This document shows positions 18,690 through 29,200 of a stretch of 64,000 bases of DNA, one piece after another. Every line of letters begins with the position of its first letter. The first letter of the stretch is position 1. Origin of the DNA: Mariprofundus sp. (GTDB lineage Bacteria > Pseudomonadota > Zetaproteobacteria > Mariprofundales > Mariprofundaceae); the NCBI GenBank assembly GCA_021772775.1, contig JAJFLH010000036.1:24800-88799 (forward strand), read 5' to 3'. The notes under the pieces are model-generated. The model saw only the letters and a program-made list of their open reading frames with translations, was not told the origin of the DNA and did no database searches. The translations under genes and the position numbers were made by a program.

Positions 18690-20167
18690 TGCCATTTTCC
18701 TCTCTATCAGATATTCAGAACCGTTTAAACAGCGGCCAAACCACAGCTGTCGAAGTCGCACAGCTCTACCTTGATCGTATTCTGGCCTTTAATGACAAGC
18801 TTAATGCTTTTGTTCATCTTGATGCCGCCGATGTACTGGCTCAAGCCGAAGCATCCGATGCATACCGCGCCAAACATGGCGCACGTGCACTGGAAGGTTT
18901 ACCGATTGCTGTAAAAGATATTTTTTGTACTCAGGATGGTCCTACCCGCTGCTGCTCTAACATCCTCGAAGATTTCCATGCACCCTACGACGCCCATGTT
19001 ATCAGCCAGCTGAAAGAAGCAGGTGCCATACTGGTTGGCAAAACCAATATGGATGAGTTTGCCATGGGTTCATCTAACGAAACATCGGCCTTTGGCCCCT
19101 GCTGTAACCCATGGGATACAGACCGTATTCCGGGTGGCTCTTCCGGTGGTTCTGCAGCAGCAGTTGCAGCAGCACTCACACCCGCAGCCCTTGGTACCGA
19201 TACTGGTGGTTCAATCCGCCAACCAGCTGCACTTACTGGCATCACCGGCCTTAAACCAACTTATGGCCGTGTATCACGCCGCGGTATTATCGCTTTTGCC
19301 TCTTCACTCGATCAAGCAGGGCCTATGACCCGCAATGTAAAAGACACTGCGATGATTACTGCTGCCATTGTTGGCCATGATGCTGCCGATGCGACATCGG
19401 TTGCAGATGCTCCAATCATTGATTGGTTGGCAGCCTGCGAAGCGCAGGATATGAAAGGCCTCAAAATCGGTAAACCAAAAGAGTATTTTATCGATGGCAT
19501 GGATGCTGAAGTGCGCCAGACTGTCGAAGATGCATTGAAAAAATGCCAGGATCTCGGGGCTGAAATTATCGACATCAGCTTGCCTCATACTGAGTATGCA
19601 GTCGCAGCCTATTACGTGATCGCACCATCAGAGGCATCGGCCAATCTTTCACGTTATGACAGTGTACGTTTCGGACACCGCTGTGATAATCCGGAGGATC
19701 TGCTTGATATGTACACCCGCTCACGCGACGAAGGTTTTGGTTCAGAAGTGAAACGTCGCATCTTGACCGGCGCATTTACACTCTCATCCGGTTATTACGA
19801 TGCTTATTACCTCAAAGCTCAGAAGGTGCGCACCCTCATCCAGCAGGATTTCATTCAGGCCTTTGAACAGGTCGATGTGATTGCTACTCCGACATCTCCC
19901 ATCTCCGCCTTTAAACTCGGTGAAAAAACAGACGATCCACTGACCATGTATCTTTCTGACATTTACACCATCGCAGTAAATCTGGCTGGTCTGCCAGGCT
20001 TGTCACAGCCCTGTGGTTTTGCACAAAACCTGCCAGTTGGCCTACAATGGATTGGCCCGGCATGGCGTGAAGAGACCATCATTTCAGCAGCTTCAGCGTA
20101 TGAGTTTGCAACAGACTGGAGCACTCAGCATCCAGCTGAATTCAACGCCAATGGAGGTGAGTCATGA
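18689..20167 (+). CDS. gatA: Asp/Glu-tRNA amidotransferase subunit A
   Basis: Amidase signature KTNMDEFAMGS, GGSSGGSAAAVAA and GTDTGGSIRQPA. Confidence 0.98.
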   Translation: MPFSSLSDIQNRLNSGQTTAVEVAQLYLDRILAFNDKLNAFVHLDAADVLAQAEASDAYRAKHGARALEGLPIAVKDIFCTQDGPTRCCSNILEDFHAPYDAHVISQLKEAGAILVGKTNMDEFAMGSSNETSAFGPCCNPWDTDRIPGGSSGGSAAAVAAALTPAALGTDTGGSIRQPAALTGITGLKPTYGRVSRRGIIAFASSLDQAGPMTRNVKDTAMITAAIVGHDAADATSVADAPIIDWLAACEAQDMKGLKIGKPKEYFIDGMDAEVRQTVEDALKKCQDLGAEIIDISLPHTEYAVAAYYVIAPSEASANLSRYDSVRFGHRCDNPEDLLDMYTRSRDEGFGSEVKRRILTGAFTLSSGYYDAYYLKAQKVRTLIQQDFIQAFEQVDVIATPTSPISAFKLGEKTDDPLTMYLSDIYTIAVNLAGLPGLSQPCGFAQNLPVGLQWIGPAWREETIISAASAYEFATDWSTQHPAEFNANGGES

Positions 20168-21597
20168 GTTGGGAAACCGTTATCGGACTTGAGGTTCACT
20201 GCCAGATCAATACCGACACCAAAGCATTTTGTGGCTGCTCGACTGAATTCGGTGCTGAACCGAACAGCCAAACCTGTCCTGTTTGTCTCGGCATGCCCGG
20301 CCAACTACCGGTACTCAACACCGTTGCAGCCGACAAAAGTATTTTAACAGGTCTGGCTATCGATGCTCACATCAATCTGGAATCGAAATTTGATCGCAAA
20401 AACTATTTCTACCCGGATCTGCCTAAAGGTTATCAGATCACCCAGTTCACTGTACCAATTGTTGAAGGTGGTCATATTGACATCACCAGCAAAGATGGTG
20501 TTAAAAAGCGTCTCGGCGTCACCCGCATTCACATGGAAGAAGATGCTGGGAAATCCATGCATGAAGGCCTCGATGCGGTATCACATATCGACCTGAATCG
20601 CTCCGGCATTCCTTTGATGGAAATCGTATCGGAACCGGATATGCGCTCTGCAGATGAGGCCATTGCCTATCTCAAACAGCTGCATCAGGTCATACGTTTC
20701 CTTGGCGTATCTGGTGCCGACATGGAAAAAGGCCAGTTCCGTTGTGATGCTAATGTCTCGGTGCGTCGTCCTGGCGAACCTTTTGGTACCCGTACAGAGA
20801 TGAAGAACATGAACTCCTTCCGCTTCATCAAGCAGGCCATCGAATTTGAAGTAAATCGTCAGATTGAGCTTATTGAAGATGGTGGTGAAGTGGTTCAGCA
20901 GTCCCGCTTGTGGGACTCTGTTAAAAATGAATCCCGTCCGATGCGCAGCAAAGAAGAAGCACATGATTACCGTTACTTCCCGGAACCTGACTTGCCACCT
21001 TTGCGTGTAACACAGGAACACGTTGATGCGATTAGAGCAGGCATGCCTGAACTACCTGGCCAATTGCGCCAGCGTTTTGAAACAGACTATGGCCTCTCAC
21101 CTTATGATGCCGATGTATTGAGCCAGACACGTGAAACATCGGAATGGTATGAGTCACTGGTCGCCGCTCACCCGGCAGATCCAAAACGTTGTGCGAACTG
21201 GATGGCCAATGAACTGCTTGGTCGCCTGAAAGAAGCTGGCAAAGATCTGGCGAGTTCACCCGTATCAGCACAGCGTCTGGCTGGCCTTCTCGATCGTGTT
21301 GGCGACAACACCATTTCAGGTAAAAGTGCCAAAGACATTCTCGATGAAATGATGGTTTCAAATGACGATGCAGATAGCATTATTGAAGCCAAAGGCTTGA
21401 AACAGGTTAGCGATACCGGTGCTATTGATGCGATCATTCATGAAGTGATGCAAGCCAATCCGAATCAGGTCGCGGGCTATCGCGGTGGCAAAGATAAGTT
21501 GATGGGCTTCTTTGTTGGCCAAGTGATGAAAGCATCACGCGGCAAAGCCAATCCAGGCATGGTCAATCAGCGTTTAGCAGAGTTGCTCAAAGGCTAA
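20164..21597 (+). CDS. gatB: Asp/Glu-tRNA amidotransferase subunit B
   Basis: VIGLEVH, RKNYFYPDLPKGYQITQ, HMEEDAGK and RCDANVS motifs. Confidence 0.98.
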   Translation: MSWETVIGLEVHCQINTDTKAFCGCSTEFGAEPNSQTCPVCLGMPGQLPVLNTVAADKSILTGLAIDAHINLESKFDRKNYFYPDLPKGYQITQFTVPIVEGGHIDITSKDGVKKRLGVTRIHMEEDAGKSMHEGLDAVSHIDLNRSGIPLMEIVSEPDMRSADEAIAYLKQLHQVIRFLGVSGADMEKGQFRCDANVSVRRPGEPFGTRTEMKNMNSFRFIKQAIEFEVNRQIELIEDGGEVVQQSRLWDSVKNESRPMRSKEEAHDYRYFPEPDLPPLRVTQEHVDAIRAGMPELPGQLRQRFETDYGLSPYDADVLSQTRETSEWYESLVAAHPADPKRCANWMANELLGRLKEAGKDLASSPVSAQRLAGLLDRVGDNTISGKSAKDILDEMMVSNDDADSIIEAKGLKQVSDTGAIDAIIHEVMQANPNQVAGYRGGKDKLMGFFVGQVMKASRGKANPGMVNQRLAELLKG

Positions 21598-21810
21598 AGC
21601 CAAACTCTTCACATCGAAGAGAAATAAGGAAAAACATTTGGCTTAAGGAGTGGATGAAAAGAGATTGAAACTTATATTGCTGAAACTCCATGATGAATAG
21701 TTTTTCCTCGTCTCTTGATATTGCCGGACAAGAGCTATGGATATACCGGGACGGCTCTCATGAGCCGTTCCAATACCCTCGCTACAACAACCTGCAGTAC
21801 TGAACAATGA

Positions 21811-24462
21811 TTGACGCAGATTTACTCAACTGGCGCATCGCTTAATATGACTCAGAGAGTGCGAAACGGCTTTATTGTCAGCACTATTGCTTTGGCTCTA
21901 CTTAGCCTGCTGTGGTTCCGCCTGGACGCCAGCGCACTAAAAAACAGCTTAACAGAAAAATTAAGTGTTTATGCCGAATCCACCAGCATGCAGGCTGAGA
22001 CAAGCTCTTTAACATTCATGCATGGCATCGGCTTGAGACTGAATCAGGTAAAGCTTGATCACCCTAGCATTCAAATCACGGCCAAACATATCAATATAAG
22101 TATTCGCTTACTGCCACTGCTACTGGGAAAATTCGAAATCAATGAGCTTGATATGCATGATGCCGTTTTCAAACTCAAATCCGACTCACTGGCACTTAGT
22201 GCGGCATCGATCTCAAACCTGCCGCTTGAACGCATCCACCTAATTCGCAGCCGCATTGAATCAGTCGATGGCATCGCTCTGCTTAACAATATAAAGCTGG
22301 AGCTTAGAGGCATTGGCACTGAACACGAAACTCTGTGGGAATTAAATGCACAGGATGAACATCAGGAAGTCAGTGGGCATGGCAGAATACTGTTTCATCA
22401 AGGTCAGCTTGACTCTTCATTCGGGAAACTGAAATTAGCCAATATGCCTGTGACCAAGCTCCACTCTCTGGTACCGGCGCGATTACTGACATGGATTGAA
22501 GGCGAAGGTAACAAGCTGAGTGGTTCGCTCACAATGGATATGAGCAATCATCAGAGATGGGCTCTGTTCGGTGAAATGATGCTTGAAAATGAATTCACCC
22601 ATTTAGCCGCCAAGCTACGTGGTAAACTCAATCACCCTATGGATGGCAAGCTGGTGTGGAAAGATAGCTTCATCCATCTGGATAAAAAAGCGGTGATCGC
22701 GATTGCAGGCTCATGTGAACAGAATGAGTGCAACACAACACTGGATGCCAAAAACATTGCCATCGAGCGCTGGCACCCATTTATACCCGGCAGCATTACA
22801 TTTCATCGTAACATTTCAGCTTCGACACATCTGCTGGCTTCCATGCAATGGAACGATGAAATATGGCAAGGTACGGCGGCTCTAAAACTTAAGAAGGCGA
22901 GTTTTCTGCATAATGATAAAAACATTGCCCTACCTGACCTGAACTTTGATATCAGCGAACTATCCAGTCATGCAACAACGTGGTCAGCAAAATCAGCCAT
23001 CACATCAGCAAACATATCTGGTGTGATCAATGTAGAGAGCAATCAGGAAAGCTCTGGTGAGAAAAATATGGAGATAACAACGGACAATGCTGATAGCAAA
23101 TTATGGCAACCACTGGCCAATCTACTGCTCTCTTCATTGAAACTGGAACCTGATTTAGAGGCCCATGGCACCATTCAAGGCTCGGTGCATTTGCATCAGC
23201 ACAATAAGCGTAAAAAACTAGAGCTGGATGTGGATGCAACATCCACAGAGATTAACTATAGCCCATGGCTAAAAAAAGCAGCTGAAGTAGAGGCCACCTG
23301 CCAAGCAAACATCCAATTTTCTGATGCCCGGCCCTATGCCATCAACATGTCGAAATGTCAGCTGGGAGCATCCAGCATTGCTCAATTGAACTGGTCAAAG
23401 AAAAAAGAACGGCAAAAACTAGTCATTGATAAACTAAAATTGAACTTAGACTCACTGCATAAACATAGCGTTGCACTACCCGAAGCAGTAAAAAACTTCA
23501 GCGGTGACCTTACAGGAAGTGGCAAAACTTCGTGGAAAAACAGCGAACATTGGACTAAAACAATGCATGGAGCGTGGCTGCTCCGAAACATTGGCCCCCA
23601 GACATGGCAAGCCGATGCTGATATAGCTGTTAAAAAAGGACTATTCAGCAGTAAAAAAATGTCGATCAAGGGAATATACGGCCAGGCAGAACTAAAAGGG
23701 AGTTTTCACTTTGCAAAGAAACGAGGTGACATTGATATCATATCCAGCAGCATCGATTGGGACAGATATCCAACATTAACCTCATATTGGCACGATATAT
23801 CTCTACGCGGCAAGCTTAAGAAAACTGAATTAATCCTGTTAAACAACAACTGGCAGAATATCCACAGCAACTACACATTCTCTCAGGGAACCTTATCTCT
23901 AAAAAAACTACAGGGCAGAGTGGCAGATGGTTCAATCAGCAGTGATCAGCTGGCACTATCACCCGGCCCGAATGGCTTAAAGATTAAAGGTAATTTACGC
24001 GGCAAAAAAATTCAGCTGGATCAACTACAGGGTTTAAATGAATGGATTCAGGCAGATATGCGTGGAGCCTTGCATGCCAATATCAAACTCAATGGGCTCA
24101 TCTCTCCTAGCAGCACACTGCCGTGGTCAAAAAACTGGCAGCTAAGTAATGGCGATCTATTAATCTACAGTGGTGACTGGCAGCAGCACCAACAGGCTGA
24201 ATCACTCACCGAACAGTTGGGGATTAGCACTCCTATACTAGAAGAGCATTATGCTTTCAAAAAACTGGAATTCAGATTTAAAATTCGTGAAAATAAAACA
24301 GATATTAATGGCATCACATTGATTCGCCATAAACAGACTTACCGAGGCAAGTCGAGCATCACGCCTGATCTTCAGATATCTGGTAAGGTGCAAAATAGAG
24401 CTGATAAAACCTACTACCTGATGAATAGCCATCTGCCTCAAATCCACTGGCAAGCACAATAG
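21811..24462 (+). CDS. AsmA-like (AsmA/YhdP superfamily) envelope protein
   Basis: Single N-terminal TM anchor followed by a long beta-rich body, with LLPLLLGKFEINELDM typical of the AsmA N-terminus. Start may be 21847. Confidence 0.7.
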   Translation: MTQIYSTGASLNMTQRVRNGFIVSTIALALLSLLWFRLDASALKNSLTEKLSVYAESTSMQAETSSLTFMHGIGLRLNQVKLDHPSIQITAKHINISIRLLPLLLGKFEINELDMHDAVFKLKSDSLALSAASISNLPLERIHLIRSRIESVDGIALLNNIKLELRGIGTEHETLWELNAQDEHQEVSGHGRILFHQGQLDSSFGKLKLANMPVTKLHSLVPARLLTWIEGEGNKLSGSLTMDMSNHQRWALFGEMMLENEFTHLAAKLRGKLNHPMDGKLVWKDSFIHLDKKAVIAIAGSCEQNECNTTLDAKNIAIERWHPFIPGSITFHRNISASTHLLASMQWNDEIWQGTAALKLKKASFLHNDKNIALPDLNFDISELSSHATTWSAKSAITSANISGVINVESNQESSGEKNMEITTDNADSKLWQPLANLLLSSLKLEPDLEAHGTIQGSVHLHQHNKRKKLELDVDATSTEINYSPWLKKAAEVEATCQANIQFSDARPYAINMSKCQLGASSIAQLNWSKKKERQKLVIDKLKLNLDSLHKHSVALPEAVKNFSGDLTGSGKTSWKNSEHWTKTMHGAWLLRNIGPQTWQADADIAVKKGLFSSKKMSIKGIYGQAELKGSFHFAKKRGDIDIISSSIDWDRYPTLTSYWHDISLRGKLKKTELILLNNNWQNIHSNYTFSQGTLSLKKLQGRVADGSISSDQLALSPGPNGLKIKGNLRGKKIQLDQLQGLNEWIQADMRGALHANIKLNGLISPSSTLPWSKNWQLSNGDLLIYSGDWQQHQQAESLTEQLGISTPILEEHYAFKKLEFRFKIRENKTDINGITLIRHKQTYRGKSSITPDLQISGKVQNRADKTYYLMNSHLPQIHWQAQ

Positions 24463-24500
24463 TACTTGAGCATCTTTTTACAGCATGGCAGAATAATGTC

Positions 24501-25706
24501 ATGAAAAGACTATCTATTCGCGTCCAACAAATTAAAACATCGGCCACCTTGGCCATTACTGCCAAAGCAGCTGAAATGCGTGCAGCAGGCAAAAGTGTTA
24601 TTTCACTCTCCGTCGGAGAGCCTGACTTTGAGACACCTAAAGCTGCCCGTGAAGCAGGTATTGAAGCGATCAACTCAGGCTTCACTCGCTATACAGCCGT
24701 TGCAGGCATCCCGGAACTGAGACAAGCTGTCGCTAAAAAGTTCAAGCGGGATAATAACCTCTCATACAGTGCCGACGACATCCTTGTCTCTTCTGGTGGC
24801 AAGCAATGCATTTTCAACCTGTTAATGGCAGTCATGAATCCCGGAGAGCGTGCAGTTATTCCGGCACCATATTGGGTCTCATATCCGGATATGGTAAAGC
24901 TAGCGGAAGGCACACCGGTAATTGTAGAGACGACTGCCGCGTCTGGATTCAAAATCACGGCTGAGCAGTTGGATGAAGTATTATGCCATCGCTGTAAAAT
25001 CCTGTTCCTCAATTCCCCCTCCAATCCAACCGGCATGGCCTATTCTGCTGAAGAGTTAAAAGCCATTGGTAATGTAGTGCGTAAACATCCCGAGTTGATT
25101 GTTGCAACCGATGATATGTATGAAAAGATCCTCTTTGATGGTAAAGAATTTGCCACCTTCGCTCAGGTTAATCCTGATTTGAAAGATCAAACTGTAACCC
25201 TCAGTGGCGTATCCAAAGCCTACTGCATGACCGGCTGGCGTATTGGTTTCTGTGCTGGACCGAGTGCAATCATCAAAGCCATGACCAAGATTCAGGGCCA
25301 GAGCACATCCAACCCCAATGCCATTGCGCAAAAAGCGGCACTTGCTGCCCTCAATGGCCCAACGGATGAATTGGACAGAATGGTTGCCACTTATGAAGTC
25401 CGTCGCACATGGTTGGTTGCTGCAATCAATGCCATTCCCGGCATGCATGCAATTACACCAGATGGGGCATTTTATGTCTTTCCATCTGTTCAAGCCTGGA
25501 TCGGTAAAACCACATCATCGGGCATTGCACTGACCGATGATGTAGCTATCTGCGAATGGCTATTGGATGAGACCGGCGTTGCGCTTGTGCCAGGAACAGC
25601 CTTTGGCTCACCCGGACATGTCCGTTTTTCCTATGCCGTTAGCCAGGACACATTGGAAGATGCTGTGCAACGGATCTCCAAAGCAGCCCATAGCTTAGGC
25701 AGCTAA
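24501..25706 (+). CDS. aspC: Aspartate aminotransferase (PLP-dependent class I/II)
   Basis: LSVGEPDF, NSPSNPTG, DDMYE and SKAYCMTGWRIG (PLP lysine). Confidence 0.88.
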   Translation: MKRLSIRVQQIKTSATLAITAKAAEMRAAGKSVISLSVGEPDFETPKAAREAGIEAINSGFTRYTAVAGIPELRQAVAKKFKRDNNLSYSADDILVSSGGKQCIFNLLMAVMNPGERAVIPAPYWVSYPDMVKLAEGTPVIVETTAASGFKITAEQLDEVLCHRCKILFLNSPSNPTGMAYSAEELKAIGNVVRKHPELIVATDDMYEKILFDGKEFATFAQVNPDLKDQTVTLSGVSKAYCMTGWRIGFCAGPSAIIKAMTKIQGQSTSNPNAIAQKAALAALNGPTDELDRMVATYEVRRTWLVAAINAIPGMHAITPDGAFYVFPSVQAWIGKTTSSGIALTDDVAICEWLLDETGVALVPGTAFGSPGHVRFSYAVSQDTLEDAVQRISKAAHSLGS

Positions 25707-25897
25707 CCACTTGGGCTATTCAAATAGCTAGGTTGATAGAATATAACCCTGAGCATAGCTTCTTCGACCCTTTGATTGATCGTAATCGCTGTCTCGCAAT
25801 GACTGAGCCGGTCAGTAAGCTCGCTCTACGGCTTTGCAAACAAGCCTCCAATAAACTAGCTAGAGAAAGAAGTTTATAAGCAATCAGATCAACGCCC

Positions 25898-26263
25898 TTA
25901 CCCTTCCAACAGAGCGGCCACTTGATTGGAAAAATTCGATGGATCAATAGGTTTTTGCAGATAAGCTGAAAAACCACTATTTAACAATCGCTCTTCATCA
26001 CCTTTCATAGCTGATGCAGTTAACACCGCCACAGGAATATGAGATGTCGCTGCATTAGCATCTAGCACCAGCATCGCCTCCAAGCCACTCATCTCAGGCA
26101 TACGCAGATCCATCAGCACCAGATCTGGCTGCATCTGCACTGCCATTTCAATCGACTGCCGCCCTGAACTCGCAGTCATCACTTCAAAGCCATCCAACTC
26201 CAACACATCAGCGGCCAATTCGAGATTCAATAAATTATCATCCACAATCAATATCTTAGCCAT
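25898..26263 (-). CDS. Single-domain response regulator (DivK-like)
   Basis: ILIVDDN, VLMDLRMPEMSG and YLQKPID motifs. Start set at MAKIL, overlapping the kinase stop (TAATG). Confidence 0.92.
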   Translation of the reverse strand: MAKILIVDDNLLNLELAADVLELDGFEVMTASSGRQSIEMAVQMQPDLVLMDLRMPEMSGLEAMLVLDANAATSHIPVAVLTASAMKGDEERLLNSGFSAYLQKPIDPSNFSNQVAALLEG

Positions 26264-29200
26264 TAAACATCCCCCCCATAACAACCCACATCCCCACCTG
26301 CATTGACCGCTTCAGCTAATCGTTCTGCAAGGCATTGCATCAAACCGCCTATATCTTCGGCATCTTTGCCAAAGTGGGCTGCGGCAAAAGATGCTTTAAG
26401 CTCACCGGCTTGATCATCGGGCAATAAAAAACGTTGATGCCGGATACGCAAGCGCAATTTCTCAGCCACCCGCACAACGCCAAGAGTCGTAACCCCGGGT
26501 AGGAATAACATAAATTTATCTTCATCCATGCGTGCACATATATCACCCCGGCGCGTCACAGATTGAACCGTTTCCATGATCTCTTTTAATGCTGCGATAG
26601 CCCAACGCTCACCATAATTTCCAACATAATCATTATAATGATCAATCTTCCAAAACAGCAGCGAGAACTTGAGTCCATGTCGACTGGCGTTGGACGCTTC
26701 CTGCTCCAAACGCCGATCCATATAACGTGAGTTAAAGCAATTCAATACAGGATCAATCAACTGAGCGCGTACCGGATAGAGCAATTCCATTTTCTGCAGT
26801 TGGCGCAGCAGATCACCACGCCCATTGGCGCCCTTGATTAGCACACGCTCTGCCTCCTGTCCCAAATGTAGTGCTTCTGCACGCGTCAGATCCTTAGCTG
26901 TGTAGATCACAACCGGAATTTGGGCTGCGACCGGATGTCGATTCAATTGTCTAATCACATCAAAACCACTGATCTGTGGCATCATCAAATCCAGAATAAT
27001 CATATCCGGCTCTCTCTCCACAGCGACCTTGATACCCTCTTTACCATCGCGTGCCAGCAAAACCCTGAAGCCTTCTGATACCAGTGTATCTCTGAGGAAT
27101 TCGCGTACCGTCGCCTCATCATCAATAACCAGCACACTCGGCACCTCCGTACGAGCCGGTATGTAATGACAATAGCGGGATATAAGATCCAGCAGATCCT
27201 GATGTTTAATACCTTTCTCCATCACACCAACCGGCCCCATCGAGAACTCCATAGCATCGGCATCACCACCAATCAATATCACCGGCAAGTTGCGGGTCTC
27301 CTTATATGTTTTCAATGCCTCCAGCCTGTGATGCAGCTGTTTATCATCGGCTGGAATCCCTAGCATAATAAGATAGGCACACAAGGACTCACATTGTTCA
27401 GCAGCATTCAATATATCTGATGCAAAAGCCTCGTAGCCCTGCTGCTCCATTAGAGCAATCACAGCAGTCGTACGCAGCGTATCCTCATCAACAACCACTA
27501 TTTTAGGGCGTGGGCCACTCATGGGTACTATTTCAGCGATCATCTCATCAACTTGTTCCATATCTTGATCTTGAATCAAGCCTTCAGTTATTGATTGATC
27601 CTGTGAAACATGGATCGCTTCACCCGGTAATTCAACACTGAAACAGCTGCCTTCATCCGGTGTACTCTCCAGGCGAATCGAACCTCCTAGCAGATGAATC
27701 TGGCGCCGTGTAAGAGCTAAGCCCAGACCGGTGCCACCATGCACACGATTCAAACCGCCACTGGCCTGCACAAAGGGTTCAAAAATCTTCTCCTGATCTT
27801 CAACAGCAATGCCACAGCCGCTATCCCTGACCGCCACCGTTACAGATCGTTTATTCGCATCTGGTTTTTCAATACGCACAAGGATTTCGACCTGCCCTTC
27901 CTCAGGCGTAAACTTGATGGCATTACCAACCAGATTGACAATAATTTGATGTAGTTTTCCGGCATCGAGAATCACCTTTTCACTGTCTGAGCAATCATCC
28001 TTCAATGTCAGCGCGATCTGCTTAGCTGAAGCCAGCGGAATGAGCTCATTCAGCACCTCGCTTGCAATCTGTCCGGGCAGGCAGGGAATCTCATCAATCA
28101 TCATCATGCCAGCTTCAATTTTACTGATATCCAGTAGATCATTAATAATAGTCAGCAAACGTTTACCACTGACATGTACATGATCCACATAGCGACTCTG
28201 TCTCTCCGTCAAGCTGCCCATACGCGGGTTCTTCAACAATTCAGAAAAACCAATAATGGCGTTGAGAGGTGTGCGCAGCTCGTGACTGGTATTGGCTAAG
28301 AACTGACTTTTCGCCTCATTGGCCTGAGATAGCTCCTCATTTATCAATTCCAGTTCGATCTCTCTGGAGAGTAGGCGACGATTAACGACCGCCAATTCCG
28401 ACTGCGCATTGCGTTGATTAGCCAGCGCAATCGCGCAAGCTGATGCAAGCACTATGATTGCGCGTTCATCATCTTCATCGAAATCACAGCCATCCGTACG
28501 ATCACTTAAATAAATTGCGCCAAGTGTCTCCCCAGCAAAATCCAACGGTACACCCAACAGTGACTGCATGGGCGGATGACCTTCGGGAAAGCCAACGCTG
28601 GCTGGATGCGAAGCGATATTATTGATCCGCACCGGTTCATGACCATTCCAGAACAGCCCCAGCAAACCTTTACCTACTGGTAGCCTAGAAATTGCAGCTG
28701 CCTGCTTCTCACTGATCCCCAAAGGAATCAGATGATGCTCTCCTTTCATGTCGGTATAGGTCACCATCGCATAGCGCGCTCTGACCATATCCATGGCCAA
28801 TTCACCGACATGATGTAAAATATCCTCTTTTGCGCTCTGACGGGACAGACTAATCACCGCTTCAGTCAGCAGCTCCTGCCGCTTTTTCTGCTTGGCCTCT
28901 CCATCTATCCTGGACTCCACATGCCCAACCAACTCGTCAAATGCATTTGCAACCATGCCAAACTCATCCTTTCGCGATGAGTCGATGCGATAATTCAATT
29001 TACCCCGTGTCACTGTTTCAGCTGCCGCATTAAGAGCCATTAGCGGGCGGATGATCTGAGTACGAAAAAAAGCTACTGCAACAGCGATAAACAACAGCAT
29101 CATCGCCAAAAAAATCATCATCGTATCGGCCAACAACTCTTCCATACGGGTGGTCGTCGCTGATGTTGGCACACTCAGCACCAGCACACCGCGCAATGCA

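Noticed and set aside
21690-21803. 37-aa ORF (MMNSFSSSLDIAGQELWIYRDGSHEPFQYPRYNNLQY) and nearby hairpins between gatB and the AsmA-like gene
   Set aside because: It has no RBS at a usable distance, two in-frame stops lie just upstream, and no family is recognisable.
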